IMG/VR virus record: IMGVR_UViG_3300033148_006102
Coordinates: 131,109 to 195,108 of that record
From: a virus
Direction: 5' to 3' (one strand)
Length of the DNA: 64,000 nucleotides
Of the stretch, positions 27,665 to 37,481 are shown piece by piece. A program made the position numbers and the translations under genes. The notes below the pieces were generated by a model that saw nothing but the letters and a program-made list of their open reading frames with translations, was not told the DNA's origin and did no database searches. Position 1 is the stretch's first letter. Each line of letters opens with the position of its first letter.

Positions 27665-29215
27665 TTACTTGGAGGTTGCGCCCTTACGTCTACGACGCTT
27701 GATTTTGCGCTTGGGTTTTTCGGCTTCTGGTTCCGGTTCGGGTTCCGGGTCAGCCTTCTTGTTCTTGCCGCGTGAGGCTTTGTTCTTCAATGCCTGCTTT
27801 GCTTCCTCACTAGCTTCGAACGCCTTTTCATCGTCGAGTGCTTCGTTGTCTGCACCGGCATCGTCTTCTGTGGCGCCTTCATCTTCACCTGGCTCGTCGA
27901 TTTCAGGCTCTTCGGCATCATTGCCATTTTCGAGCTGATCATAGAGTTCTTCGAGGTCTTCGACATCGAGTGTGAGAGGAGAGCCGTTTTCTTCGAAGCG
28001 AATCATTTCGCCTTCGTCGTTTTCGACCCATGCTTCGCCATCACGAGTAACCCATGCGTCATCAATCCATAGGCAGGCGTTACCTTCTTCATCCATCCAA
28101 TATTCAAAGGACTCACCGTTATACTCAACGGTGTTGCCCGTTTTATCTTCGTCGTCGGCGACATCGTCCTCATCATCATCATCATCATCTGGCGCATCGT
28201 CAGATGCTTTGTTGGCGAATTCTTGTGCGAATTCACTGCCGTCAGCATCAGCATCATCTGATACGTCATTCTCAGTATCAGGCTGCTCGAATTCCGTGTC
28301 GGCCGAGCTGAAGAAGTCTTCGTTGCTCGTGTCGTTGTCACCGCCATCGAAAATCTGCTCGCCATCTTTGATCGCCCAACCTGTAGGACCAAGGTTGTGG
28401 TCTTTGCGCATCTTCAGATGGAAGTCCAGTACTTCTTGTTTCTGTTCGTCGTCGAGGAAGGGGTAGACCTTCTTCATGTCTGCGGCTGTCTGTGCCTTGA
28501 ACTGACGACGATTAGGACTGTGCTCACGACGAATTTCGTTGAGCTGCTTGATCATGCCCTGAAGCTTTGCTTCCGTGTACAACGGCACAACCTGGTTGGT
28601 AGCGGGATCTTCCATCCCGGTCACACAGAGCCAGTTTTCACCGATACTGACACGGGAATCATTTGCCCAACGTTTGACCTGGAACGTGGTACCCAGCGCT
28701 GAGCCGTGTTGTACGAATGTTGGGTCAAGGGTGTCGGTGAAGATGTTCCAGTGATTGGAACCAATGCGAATCTCAACCAAGGCTAGTTGTGCGTCGGTTT
28801 CCTTGGTCTCTTTGCCCTTCTGGTACTTGTACGGGTGTACGATGACCCAGAAAGCCATGATAGCCTGAATCGCGCCTGTCAGATCTGAGTCGGCGAGCAA
28901 GCACGATTTGCCTGTGTCAATTTGCTCTTCGATATCATCGCTGAAACGACGCGCGTCTGTGCGGTGATAGGCCATTTCCGGAAACGAGTTACCAGCCGCG
29001 GTTACCCAGCCCACGACAGTGGGAACAACATGTAGAAAGACCGGATCGGATGCGATCGTGACTTTCCGCGTACCACCAGATGGCAGCTTGAACATCTGCC
29101 AAAACTTGCGGTAGTCCGCTCCGGGGTAGTTAAACCGGTCTCCACCGGTTTTTGCGTCCTGTTCGGCGCCGCTGATACCTTTGCGCCCTTTGAACGACTT
29201 ATAACGTGAATTCAT
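27665..29215 (-). CDS. Putative single-stranded DNA-binding protein with a very long acidic tail
   Basis: Position between primase and polymerase; about 230 aa D/E-rich C-terminal region. Confidence 0.5.
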   Translation of the reverse strand: MNSRYKSFKGRKGISGAEQDAKTGGDRFNYPGADYRKFWQMFKLPSGGTRKVTIASDPVFLHVVPTVVGWVTAAGNSFPEMAYHRTDARRFSDDIEEQIDTGKSCLLADSDLTGAIQAIMAFWVIVHPYKYQKGKETKETDAQLALVEIRIGSNHWNIFTDTLDPTFVQHGSALGTTFQVKRWANDSRVSIGENWLCVTGMEDPATNQVVPLYTEAKLQGMIKQLNEIRREHSPNRRQFKAQTAADMKKVYPFLDDEQKQEVLDFHLKMRKDHNLGPTGWAIKDGEQIFDGGDNDTSNEDFFSSADTEFEQPDTENDVSDDADADGSEFAQEFANKASDDAPDDDDDDEDDVADDEDKTGNTVEYNGESFEYWMDEEGNACLWIDDAWVTRDGEAWVENDEGEMIRFEENGSPLTLDVEDLEELYDQLENGNDAEEPEIDEPGEDEGATEDDAGADNEALDDEKAFEASEEAKQALKNKASRGKNKKADPEPEPEPEAEKPKRKIKRRRRKGATSK

Positions 29216-29223
29216 CTCTTCTC

Positions 29224-30282
29224 CTATTCCTTGTACAGCTCACGGTTGAAGTCACGTAGATGCTTCAGGTTGTGCTGTACAGACTGAATGCCCCGTTTGG
29301 GTGCTGTGTGCATCAATGTCAGCAGCTCGTCTAGAGTCATTGTTTTTGGATCCTTTGGCGCCACGGTTGAACGCACGTCGGGATGTGAGTAGTCCAGACG
29401 GCGTTTGGTCTTTGCAGCACCAATCCAACCGGGTGAATCGTTGTCTCCAAGAATGTAGATCGTCGGCGGCTGCGTATGCAGAATCTTGTTAATGTGAAAT
29501 ACACTGGACAGGTTCGATCTTTGCACGGCTGCCAAATTGTAGCCCTCCTTGATTAGACCAACGGTGGCTGCGTGCAGGACATCCAGCATGCCCTCAAAAA
29601 TCACCATCGGTAAGCCCGTGGCCCAGCGCGTTTCCCCATAGACGAATTTGTCGGCCTCGAATTTGAAGACCGCAAAATATTTTGAGCGCTGGTTGGGTAA
29701 AGGGATTGGTCGCCGTGCCCATGCACCGACGACAGCAGTATCTTCTGAACCTGGGATTATGCCATAAACCGGGAAAACGACGATTCCGTCGCTTCCTCCG
29801 CATAGGCCCCATTCTTTTGCTACTTCAGCCGAACATCCTTTTTCCTGCAACCACACCAGCTGGTCATCATCCAACGCATGTGCGGTTAGCATGAGACGAT
29901 CGGTATAATCAACAGCGTTTATGATCTCTTGCTGTCGTTTGAAATGTACACGAGGTATGTAATCGCGGCCAGTATTACAGTTGGCTGTGGCGTCACGCTG
30001 TACTTCCGCGAGTAGTTGTGGCGAGATTTGGCCGTATTCGTCTAGCAGTCGGGCAAGCATTAGCAGTGAACCCCGAAAACCACAGGCGAAACAGATGCAG
30101 CCATGACCAGCTTGAAGGCGTACAGATAATGCAGGCGTTTCATCATATTGGTGCTTATGCCGGCCAGGTATAGCGGCAAGCGGGCAGTTCGTTGTGAGAA
30201 ATGCTCCGTCGGTGGGTTCACGCAATTGGAAGTCACGGGACCCCAATTGCCTGAATAGGCGTCGTAATTCGTACTCTGTCAT
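29224..30282 (-). CDS. dnaG: DNA primase (Zn finger + TOPRIM)
   Basis: CP...H...CFACG; IFEGMLD; GDNDSPG. Confidence 0.85.
   Translation of the reverse strand: MTEYELRRLFRQLGSRDFQLREPTDGAFLTTNCPLAAIPGRHKHQYDETPALSVRLQAGHGCICFACGFRGSLLMLARLLDEYGQISPQLLAEVQRDATANCNTGRDYIPRVHFKRQQEIINAVDYTDRLMLTAHALDDDQLVWLQEKGCSAEVAKEWGLCGGSDGIVVFPVYGIIPGSEDTAVVGAWARRPIPLPNQRSKYFAVFKFEADKFVYGETRWATGLPMVIFEGMLDVLHAATVGLIKEGYNLAAVQRSNLSSVFHINKILHTQPPTIYILGDNDSPGWIGAAKTKRRLDYSHPDVRSTVAPKDPKTMTLDELLTLMHTAPKRGIQSVQHNLKHLRDFNRELYKE
29751..29773 (-). promoter_or_regulatory. 23-bp quasi-palindrome, copy 4 (intragenic; left half degenerate)
   Basis: Minus strand reads CCCGGTTTAT GGC ATAATCCCAG. Confidence 0.65.
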
Positions 30283-31676
30283 ACCAGTGGCTTAGCTTCT
30301 TTTTTCCGGCTTTTGGTGCCTCTTTTTAGTGTTCGTGATTTGAGTCCTGCTGTTCCGTCTAAATGGTATCTGTGTTTTCGAACATCAAAAAAGTATCGAT
30401 ATTGTATGTCTAGTTCTGCTTCTCTGCTTTTGAATGGGCTTATTATTATATGTGTGTCTTCATATTTTCGTACGTTCCACATGAACGAGGTTGTTTCGCT
30501 GAAGGCATCACCTTGGGCGACACCTTTCATGCCTTTGCCTCCGTACCGATTCTGGTGGTGGGCAAAGACCACGGGAACTTCAAGGGTCGTGGACAGCGTC
30601 TTAGTCTGAGACATGAGGCTACGAATCATGTCTGCGTTCGTGCCTCGAATATCAGGTTTTAGTTCTGCGATGCTGTCAATTACCACCATATTCGCTTGTA
30701 GTTCCATGGCCAAGCGCTGAAGCATAGGAATATCGCTGATAGCGTTGGGTGGAGCTATCCAAACTCGTTCTGCAGCCTCGTCCTCCTGTAGTTCTCGCAG
30801 ACCATCTAGATACCTCTTCTCTTCAACGTCGTCAAGACTGGCGTGAATTATTTCGTCGAAATTTACTTCCAACGCCATTGAGGCCAGCCGACGACAGGTA
30901 TCAACAGTGAGCATTTCTGGCGAGTAAAAAAGAACCGTGTGGCCGTCGCGGGCTGCTCGAAGACACAATCGTAGCAGAATCCATGTCTTCTTGGCACCGG
31001 GGCGTGCGAAGAAGCCATACAAGTGACCGTTTTGCATGCCGCGGATTTCTTCATTGATTTCGTCAAAGGCCATAGCAATACCATTGTTATTGCCTGACTT
31101 TGCGTCGTGATAATCCGCGGACAGCGCTGTTGTATTTGAAAGTTGCATCACGGTATCGCCACTTGTACCGGAGAAGGTGCGGCGTCGCGCAATGCATTCG
31201 TTCATCAACTCCCAGACATGTCTTGGTTGTAGGATCTCACCGGTCGTAGGATCTGCAGACCGGCCGATCTCGTTACCCATGTCGATAATTTCGTTGATGG
31301 TTGCAGTGAGTTCGAGGTTTTCCCGCGCCTCTTTGTAATCTTCCCATACCAGAGACGCAGGCCGCTCAGTCTCGCTGTATATGATATCCTCAAACTTACC
31401 GGAAAGGCGGCGAGCTGAGGGAACGATTTGGTGCTGGTCGTAGAACTCTCGGATCCAAGAAAATATTTTAGCTATAGCTGGATCAGCGAGCGCAGCAATG
31501 GAGAATCCGCATTTCATGAGTTCTCCATACGCTTTTTGCTTTACGGCCAGGTAGAGCAACTGTGCGTGCAGCTCATCGAGCACTGACTCATCGATAATGT
31601 CTTCCTCGACATCATCAAGTTCATCAGCGGCGTCTATTTCGTCGGCAGGAATACTGCCGTTGTCTTCATCGGACAT
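30279..31676 (-). CDS. dnaB: DnaB-like replicative helicase
   Basis: ARPGAKKT (variant Walker A), FYSPEM, VVIDS, HQNR. Confidence 0.85.
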   Translation of the reverse strand: MSDEDNGSIPADEIDAADELDDVEEDIIDESVLDELHAQLLYLAVKQKAYGELMKCGFSIAALADPAIAKIFSWIREFYDQHQIVPSARRLSGKFEDIIYSETERPASLVWEDYKEARENLELTATINEIIDMGNEIGRSADPTTGEILQPRHVWELMNECIARRRTFSGTSGDTVMQLSNTTALSADYHDAKSGNNNGIAMAFDEINEEIRGMQNGHLYGFFARPGAKKTWILLRLCLRAARDGHTVLFYSPEMLTVDTCRRLASMALEVNFDEIIHASLDDVEEKRYLDGLRELQEDEAAERVWIAPPNAISDIPMLQRLAMELQANMVVIDSIAELKPDIRGTNADMIRSLMSQTKTLSTTLEVPVVFAHHQNRYGGKGMKGVAQGDAFSETTSFMWNVRKYEDTHIIISPFKSREAELDIQYRYFFDVRKHRYHLDGTAGLKSRTLKRGTKSRKKEAKPLV

Positions 31677-31696
31677 CGGTGTTCCGTAAAAATGTT

Positions 31697-31761
31697 GGGT
31701 TGACCCACTACCGTATGAGTCGGACGAAACAGGGTAGCTTCCCGTGAACGGAAGTCAACCC
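31697..31761. ncRNA. Structured intergenic element (predicted three-way junction) in the DnaB leader
   Basis: GGGTTGAC/GTCAACCC closing stem, a CTACC/GGTAG stem and a TTCC(C)G-TGAA-CGGAA stem. Confidence 0.4.
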
Positions 31762-31778
31762 TGTGTCGACCACTTTTC

Positions 31779-32246
31779 TTATGTTGCTGTGAAATTTGCC
31801 AAATATTGCACCCAGAGGGCCTTTTGGTCGATTACAGCTTTGTGAAAACGTTTCACACATATCTCTTTATTTTCTTTGTAGAGATATGCGATCAGTGCAC
31901 GTATCGTTTGCAACTGTGCAAGCGGCGGAGCTGATGGATTAACAAGCTCCATGTGTTCGCGAAAGTCACTAACTACGCGCACTAGATAGGGCCAGGACGC
32001 CGTGGTGCCGCCATGTTCCCGAAGGTAATATGCGACACCACGTGCCCAATCCTGTATAGTCATGTTTTCAAGCATCGCAGCTGTAGGCACATCGAAGTCG
32101 ATATCCTTATAGACTGCGCGTTTGCGACGCCGTTTGCCACGCGCTTTCACACGTTCCTTTGATTTCTCGCCGGCGCGATCAAGCGCATGCATCATGGCGT
32201 CCATGCTGGGCTTATTCTCTGGTTTGTCTTTCAAGATGATTGCCAA
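31779..32246 (-). CDS. Hypothetical protein
   Basis: Part of the contiguous minus-strand gene array. Confidence 0.7.
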   Translation of the reverse strand: MAIILKDKPENKPSMDAMMHALDRAGEKSKERVKARGKRRRKRAVYKDIDFDVPTAAMLENMTIQDWARGVAYYLREHGGTTASWPYLVRVVSDFREHMELVNPSAPPLAQLQTIRALIAYLYKENKEICVKRFHKAVIDQKALWVQYLANFTAT

Positions 32247-32895
32247 TCTGAATGATTTCGTGCATGCAGACTTCGAGATACTTTATGTACTCGTCATCCA
32301 CAGCAATCTGCGGTAATGCGGTACCGCGATAGCTCGTCATACTGATAGGCACACGAGCTCCCATCTCCAACATAGCGTGTTTCACTTGTGCCAGGTGTGC
32401 GGCTAGTAGTAAACACGCCATTTGCGCTTTGTCAACTCTTTCGAAGAAGATCCGCTTGCGATCCATGATTTTATGTGGAACGCCAGGATCAGGAGTCACC
32501 TTAAAACGCGCCATGATTTTACGGTACATGCGGCCGATTACTCCAGACAGCGTACGCGGTTTTGGTCGTCGTGTCTGCGGTAATAGGCTAGGCGAAAGCT
32601 CGATACCGTCCTTGGTAACATACACGCCATCGGCGGTAAAGCTGACATCTTCCAGATCGTTGTAGCTCTGTGAGCTCTTTCCGTTAGGAATCAGTTTGCC
32701 GCCACGGGTATACAGCAATGCCTCTGCGTATTCAGCCTCAAATTCATCTAGATATTTGTGTAGATACTTCCGTACCCAACTGTGATTGTCAGGATACTTC
32801 TTGTTCTCACGCACTGCTTTGAGAATGGGCTGAATTCGTGCGAGGTCAAAGAACACCAATTCATGATTGGTTTTGAATAGCAGCATCGAGCTCAC
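32212..32895 (-). CDS. Hypothetical protein
   Basis: Contiguous array. Confidence 0.7.
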   Translation of the reverse strand: MSSMLLFKTNHELVFFDLARIQPILKAVRENKKYPDNHSWVRKYLHKYLDEFEAEYAEALLYTRGGKLIPNGKSSQSYNDLEDVSFTADGVYVTKDGIELSPSLLPQTRRPKPRTLSGVIGRMYRKIMARFKVTPDPGVPHKIMDRKRIFFERVDKAQMACLLLAAHLAQVKHAMLEMGARVPISMTSYRGTALPQIAVDDEYIKYLEVCMHEIIQIGNHLERQTRE

Positions 32896-33436
32896 GATCC
32901 GTAATGCCTATTTCCATGATGCCGGCGAGAGTGCCGCGAATTAACTTCCGGACCCATGGCGGTGCGTCTTTGCGTTTGTATGCTTTGCGAAGAGGTATGC
33001 AGAGTGCGAGTAATTGCGTATCTGACACGTGATGCACAGCGACATTGGCTAGTTTGCCACCTTTATCGAAGTTGTGCATCCATACTGCTCCGTCTTCGCC
33101 GCGTGCATGAATGGCACCACCTGGTTTAACGAAGGGAGCGATAGCGGGAAACAGATATTCTTCATCATCGCCGAGTTTCTCACCGGTGTAATACAGAATA
33201 CTGATATCACCCGTTTCCGCATCTACTGTGGTTTCCCAACGCCATTCACGAAGTGCTTCTTGCAAAGATGGGAAGCCGCCAGGCGGTGGGTTGTTGACCC
33301 ACGAATAATGATGACCAGAACCGTCGTGAATGGCCATATCACTTTCGTGAAGCTTGTTAATGGCTTTGAGGCAGTCAAGAACATGCCTAGCTGGAATTAC
33401 GACGTCGTCAACTTCGTAGCTTACGTAATAACCCAT
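32861..33436 (-). CDS. Hypothetical phage protein
   Basis: Contiguous array; TAATG coupling. Confidence 0.7.
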   Translation of the reverse strand: MGYYVSYEVDDVVIPARHVLDCLKAINKLHESDMAIHDGSGHHYSWVNNPPPGGFPSLQEALREWRWETTVDAETGDISILYYTGEKLGDDEEYLFPAIAPFVKPGGAIHARGEDGAVWMHNFDKGGKLANVAVHHVSDTQLLALCIPLRKAYKRKDAPPWVRKLIRGTLAGIMEIGITDRELDAAIQNQS

Positions 33437-33741
33437 TATGCGTATGTCTCCTGCGCTGCCTCCAGCGCGTATTCAAAGATTGTGTCTTCATGTTGTTGAA
33501 TCCATTCGTCGCTCATCCAGAATTTGGATCCGTCTTCACGCACTGTGTAGGCTTCGAGATCCTCGAGCTCGCCGCCTTCTGGAGCTGTACATAATTCGGC
33601 AGGACCGTGACTACGGCCAGGAAATTCTGGTATGAGCTTTCCTGTGACAATGACTTCGTTATCGAAGCCCTGACGACGTGTATCGCCAAAGAACACGTCG
33701 TCATAGATTGTTATTTCGAAGTTATAAGGTTTTTCTTGCAT
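33436..33741 (-). CDS. Hypothetical protein
   Basis: Contiguous array; acidic. Confidence 0.65.
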   Translation of the reverse strand: MQEKPYNFEITIYDDVFFGDTRRQGFDNEVIVTGKLIPEFPGRSHGPAELCTAPEGGELEDLEAYTVREDGSKFWMSDEWIQQHEDTIFEYALEAAQETYA

Positions 33742-34508
33742 TCACCTTCCCGATGTTGAAACTTTCGGGATAGTGCTGGTATGTCCATCGGCGGTTGAAT
33801 GCCATGGCAGTCCTGGAAACACCAACGGCATTGTGAGCAAGTTGGTTTCTTCATAAGACCGTTCTTCGCCAGACCATTCTCTGTTGGACATACAGGACTA
33901 TCACCGAACAAAACCTTGATGCGTTTCCGAAGACCTGTGCGCAGAACTATATCTGCTTCGACATCTTCAGTTGCGTCATCTGTACTCATGTACGCTGTGC
34001 GAAAATCGACGAATCCTCGGTTATGCGGGTGATCCATCGTTTCATCGTAGCTAAGAATGATCTGGGCATTTGGTAAGTCATTGAGTTTGCGAATCCAGCG
34101 CTTGAAGCGTCGGCGCGTAGCCCGATTCTTGTTATTCCAACTGCGCGTATACGTCCACATCGTGATATCTGACCTGATACTCAGAATGTTGTACCACATG
34201 CGTACGTACTTTGGGGAATAGAAATCGCCACCGACATGTAATCGCAGCAGGCCGGAGACAAGCGAGTCGATCATGTCCTGTTCAAACTCTGGTTGTTTGG
34301 TTGCCCAGAGATTGTGGTAGGCTAGGATCGACAGATGGTTTCTGAAATCCTCAAGGTTGCGCATATAGCAGTGGTAGGCACAGAGCTCGGTTTTCCCTGG
34401 ACAAGTCACCCCGCTTGGGAGCGAGAAAGTCTGGACCTGTGGGCCGAGTTTGGTGTTACCGCCACCGATATACATACGCAACTGTTGAGATGAGAAAGCT
34501 TTGGTCAT
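33711..34508 (-). CDS. GP88-like Cys-cluster protein
   Basis: FSLPSG.TCPG....C...CY, RLHVGGDF, WTYTR, C-terminal C..C..C. Confidence 0.65.
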   Translation of the reverse strand: MTKAFSSQQLRMYIGGGNTKLGPQVQTFSLPSGVTCPGKTELCAYHCYMRNLEDFRNHLSILAYHNLWATKQPEFEQDMIDSLVSGLLRLHVGGDFYSPKYVRMWYNILSIRSDITMWTYTRSWNNKNRATRRRFKRWIRKLNDLPNAQIILSYDETMDHPHNRGFVDFRTAYMSTDDATEDVEADIVLRTGLRKRIKVLFGDSPVCPTENGLAKNGLMKKPTCSQCRWCFQDCHGIQPPMDIPALSRKFQHREGECKKNLITSK

Positions 34509-34723
34509 GATCTCCCTTGTGGGTGATATTTGTCTACTGCTTCGTCGGCGAGGTTTTGGAAGTCAAGATCAGGGTCGCCGTTAACAGTATACTCGTAAGG
34601 ATCGTCGCCGACTTCGATGTTGTCCAGGTCAAGTATCAGCACGTCGACATCGACACTTGCCTTGATCTCCTGCACAACGCCGCCGCCGACTTCGATCATT
34701 ATTTTTGGGTTACTTTGGCTCAA
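34505..34723 (-). CDS. Small hypothetical protein
   Basis: IEV.GGVVQ...D.D pattern common in phage small proteins. Confidence 0.65.
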   Translation of the reverse strand: MSQSNPKIMIEVGGGVVQEIKASVDVDVLILDLDNIEVGDDPYEYTVNGDPDLDFQNLADEAVDKYHPQGRS

Positions 34724-35012
34724 TGGGCTCCAACCTTATGTCAAAGAATTGTGATTTTTCGAAGTTGTCATCGCCTTGCTCATCGACCAAAAATTGCACA
34801 GGCTCTTCGCAATCCTGCATATGTATTACATGCGGACCTCGGAGATCCTGATCGATTATGTGATGGAAATTGAGCAGCTTTTCTGATTTTTCTATGGCGT
34901 CGGTCATGCTGTCCGCTTCGATAAAAGTCGTGCGTATGCCGACAACCCGATAATGCATTACGCTGTATCTAGGCATCACCAAATTCCGCCGCGATCTCTT
35001 CCGCGTAAGCAT
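34710..35012 (-). CDS. Small hypothetical protein (start probably 34976-34979)
   Basis: Contiguous array. Confidence 0.6.
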   Translation of the reverse strand: MLTRKRSRRNLVMPRYSVMHYRVVGIRTTFIEADSMTDAIEKSEKLLNFHHIIDQDLRGPHVIHMQDCEEPVQFLVDEQGDDNFEKSQFFDIRLEPIEPK

Positions 35013-35466
35013 CAGAGCTGTCAGTAGTGCTGTGAAGTTTGCCGTTCTTGAAGACGTAAGCGCCTTGAAAGACCATACCAGGTTCTTCGAAGTGTAGCGT
35101 GAATGTAAGTTCGGGAAATTTACTGGCTACGGTCTTCATGAGCTCGTGTGGTGGATTCCATGCTGTATCGAAACGATACGTAAGTGGATCTTCGCATAGG
35201 ATTTCTGCGGCGCATGAACCCCATTTACAACCCCAGTGATCAACTTCCCGGTGATAACCGACTTCGTGGTATGGTTTGCAGAGTACATCTGCAGGCACTG
35301 GATCCAAGCGATGGAAGCTGAGTACGCTGGACCGCGTTTTCTTGTTGTCATCGCCGTGGGGCTGGTTCGTATAATTATGCTCCTCGCCGGCGGCGAGATC
35401 GCGAAAGGCCTGAACCTGTTCGGTTGGCCCTGTTACTACTAGTTCATTCATGCACCAATTCGGCAT
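34969..35466 (-). CDS. DUF1281/YubB ferredoxin-like domain protein
   Basis: MPNWC.N.L, WG.KW, F.TAW.PP, F.EPG..F.G motifs. Confidence 0.75.
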   Translation of the reverse strand: MPNWCMNELVVTGPTEQVQAFRDLAAGEEHNYTNQPHGDDNKKTRSSVLSFHRLDPVPADVLCKPYHEVGYHREVDHWGCKWGSCAAEILCEDPLTYRFDTAWNPPHELMKTVASKFPELTFTLHFEEPGMVFQGAYVFKNGKLHSTTDSSDAYAEEIAAEFGDA

Positions 35467-35641
35467 CAGTTTCCTCTTCTTCCTTGTAGCCAACCCAAAG
35501 CCAACCTTGGACCCAAACACCATCGTCTACGCGACTGAATTTTGCATCGTGATCAACCATGATGTCATCATGACCGTAGTCGTTTCGGGCGGCTTCGATT
35601 GCTTCTTCGTTCGTCAGGACTTTGAACTTAGGTTCCTTCAT
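35444..35641 (-). CDS. Small hypothetical protein
   Basis: AAGGAAG SD; contiguous array. Confidence 0.6.
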   Translation of the reverse strand: MKEPKFKVLTNEEAIEAARNDYGHDDIMVDHDAKFSRVDDGVWVQGWLWVGYKEEEETDAELVHE

Positions 35642-35924
35642 CGCCAAATACTTCCTTATCGCCAATAACTTCAGCTGCCCGATCTTGAATGTGATCAAGC
35701 AGCTGAATGATACCGGACAAGTCATCAAGTTGTTGTTTGCGGCGCGCTATGGTCTTACGCACGCCAATCAGCGTTTTCTTTTGTCTACGTAGCGCTGCCC
35801 AGTCGATTGTGCTAAGCAACGTATCCGCAAACATCGCACGTTTTGTGGTCAACTCAACGGCATATCCCATTGGGTTTTTGAGCGGATCAATCACGTTGAA
35901 ACTCCAATCGGACTTCTTCCACAT
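35628..35924 (-). CDS. Small hypothetical protein
   Basis: Contiguous array. Confidence 0.6.
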   Translation of the reverse strand: MWKKSDWSFNVIDPLKNPMGYAVELTTKRAMFADTLLSTIDWAALRRQKKTLIGVRKTIARRKQQLDDLSGIIQLLDHIQDRAAEVIGDKEVFGDEGT

Positions 35925-36423
35925 CTTCCCGGCAGATTATCTGACTTACAAAAGGTGAGTCATGGAGTAGCTGCTCCGTCGTCAGATTACCGACTTGTCG
36001 CGCAATTACCTCTTGTGGTACGCCATGCGTGTTACGTTCGTGAAATAAACCGATACGCGGTATATGGGTTGGATGCAGTAAAATAGCATGTAACTCGTAA
36101 CAGCAGCGTTCTGCGATCACTTCGTACGGCTCGATTTCTTTTCGTGTGGTCGTTGTGTTCGACACGATGACCAGATCTTTATTCGTACGACAGCTATCAT
36201 ATGCGTCCAGTTGACACGTGAGATGTGCTTGGCCCTGTCGGGCAGCTTGAAATACGTACTCAGTACCACGTGTATGAAAGTTGTCCGCCTCGCATAAACG
36301 GACACTGCGACCTTGTTTCGTGGCCGCGTCAGCGAGTTTTTTCGCTAGTGTTGTTTTACCCGACCCGGAAACGCCGCGTATGAGTAGCAGCGTTCCGAGT
36401 GGGTATTCGATCTGTAATTCCAT
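35887..36423 (-). CDS. P-loop kinase (AAA_33/polynucleotide-kinase-like)
   Basis: LIRGVSGSGKTT, EADNF, VIVSNT, RN.HGVP. Confidence 0.8.
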   Translation of the reverse strand: MELQIEYPLGTLLLIRGVSGSGKTTLAKKLADAATKQGRSVRLCEADNFHTRGTEYVFQAARQGQAHLTCQLDAYDSCRTNKDLVIVSNTTTTRKEIEPYEVIAERCCYELHAILLHPTHIPRIGLFHERNTHGVPQEVIARQVGNLTTEQLLHDSPFVSQIICREDVEEVRLEFQRD

Positions 36424-36425
36424 TC

Positions 36426-37475
36426 TTAGAAAGGCACTCCTTCGTCTTCGTAACAAAAGTCGTCTTCGCCGAAGCAACGTTCGTCAGGCTTTACGTCGCT
36501 CATGACTTCTGTTACACCGGCGAAACGATAATCAAGTGTCTGGTGGCCGTCGTTGGTTAACCAGCAGTTGTTTAACTTGTCGAGGCGGATAGGTGCGCCG
36601 CCATAGAAGTACCAACGGCCATCATTATCTTGTGCAAGGCGATCGGCCCATTTTGGTCGTACGCGCCACATATCATGCAATGTAACCTGTGTTGGATACA
36701 GAGAATCAATGATGGTTGGCCGCGTGCTCATTACGTGCTTCAGGCCTTCGACGGTCAGCGTATGCATAAGCAGGACGGGCTCATCTTTACATGAAAGCAG
36801 ATCCTTCGTTTCTTCATCGCTTTCCCATTCTGTGAGACCACCTGATGGTTCTAGGATAGGTGGCGCAATATGCAGTCTTATCGTGCCGTTAGGATCAACT
36901 GTGGCAAAGCTGAAACGACGATACCTGCCTATGGTGTACTCTGGAGAATTCCAATCTATGAGGTCTGCTAGTCGATTGTTAACCGCATCAATGGATTGAA
37001 AAACGGGTGCGCCCGTGAAAGTACCTTCCTTAGTCGTTTTCTTGCGTGCTTTCTTTTTGGCAACCGGTTTCTTCTTGGCCACAGGTCTTGTTACGTGGTC
37101 GGAAACATCAACACACTTGTCGATGAATTTGCGGTAGAATTTGCGGTCGGCTTCGATAGCCTTGTCGCGTTCTTCCTTCATCGAATCAATGATGCTCTTG
37201 AAATTACGGTAACCAGGTATTGGCTCAACCTGTATACCAAGACTTCGGAAGTTTGAAAATTTGCTTCCTATCAGTAATGCCATAGGAATGTTCGCGCTGT
37301 TATTGAAAGTGTGTACGAGTTTGCCTGTTTTTGGGTCAATGAGTTCGGCGAGTATCTTGTTTTCGCCGTTATTGACCAAGACCACGCGTTCGCGAAGGAT
37401 GCCACGCGGCACAAAGATATTCCAGCCAGCGTGCTGGAAGACGTCATAATGTGCTTCAGGTTTGTATTCGATCAT
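36426..37475 (-). CDS. Hypothetical protein with an internal Lys-rich linker
   Basis: 349 aa; AGGA SD. Confidence 0.72.
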   Translation of the reverse strand: MIEYKPEAHYDVFQHAGWNIFVPRGILRERVVLVNNGENKILAELIDPKTGKLVHTFNNSANIPMALLIGSKFSNFRSLGIQVEPIPGYRNFKSIIDSMKEERDKAIEADRKFYRKFIDKCVDVSDHVTRPVAKKKPVAKKKARKKTTKEGTFTGAPVFQSIDAVNNRLADLIDWNSPEYTIGRYRRFSFATVDPNGTIRLHIAPPILEPSGGLTEWESDEETKDLLSCKDEPVLLMHTLTVEGLKHVMSTRPTIIDSLYPTQVTLHDMWRVRPKWADRLAQDNDGRWYFYGGAPIRLDKLNNCWLTNDGHQTLDYRFAGVTEVMSDVKPDERCFGEDDFCYEDEGVPF

Positions 37476-37481
37476 GGTTTC

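Noticed and set aside
28160-28190. (CAT)n microsatellite as a phase-variation tract
   Set aside because: It is an in-frame triplet repeat encoding a poly-Asp run in an acidic tail, so slippage would not shift the frame.
31711-31761. Active hammerhead ribozyme (CGTATGAGTCGGACGAAAC...GTC)
   Set aside because: The core reads CGUAUGA rather than the required CUGANGA, stem II would be at most 2 bp, and stems I and III are not contiguous. Kept only as a structured element.
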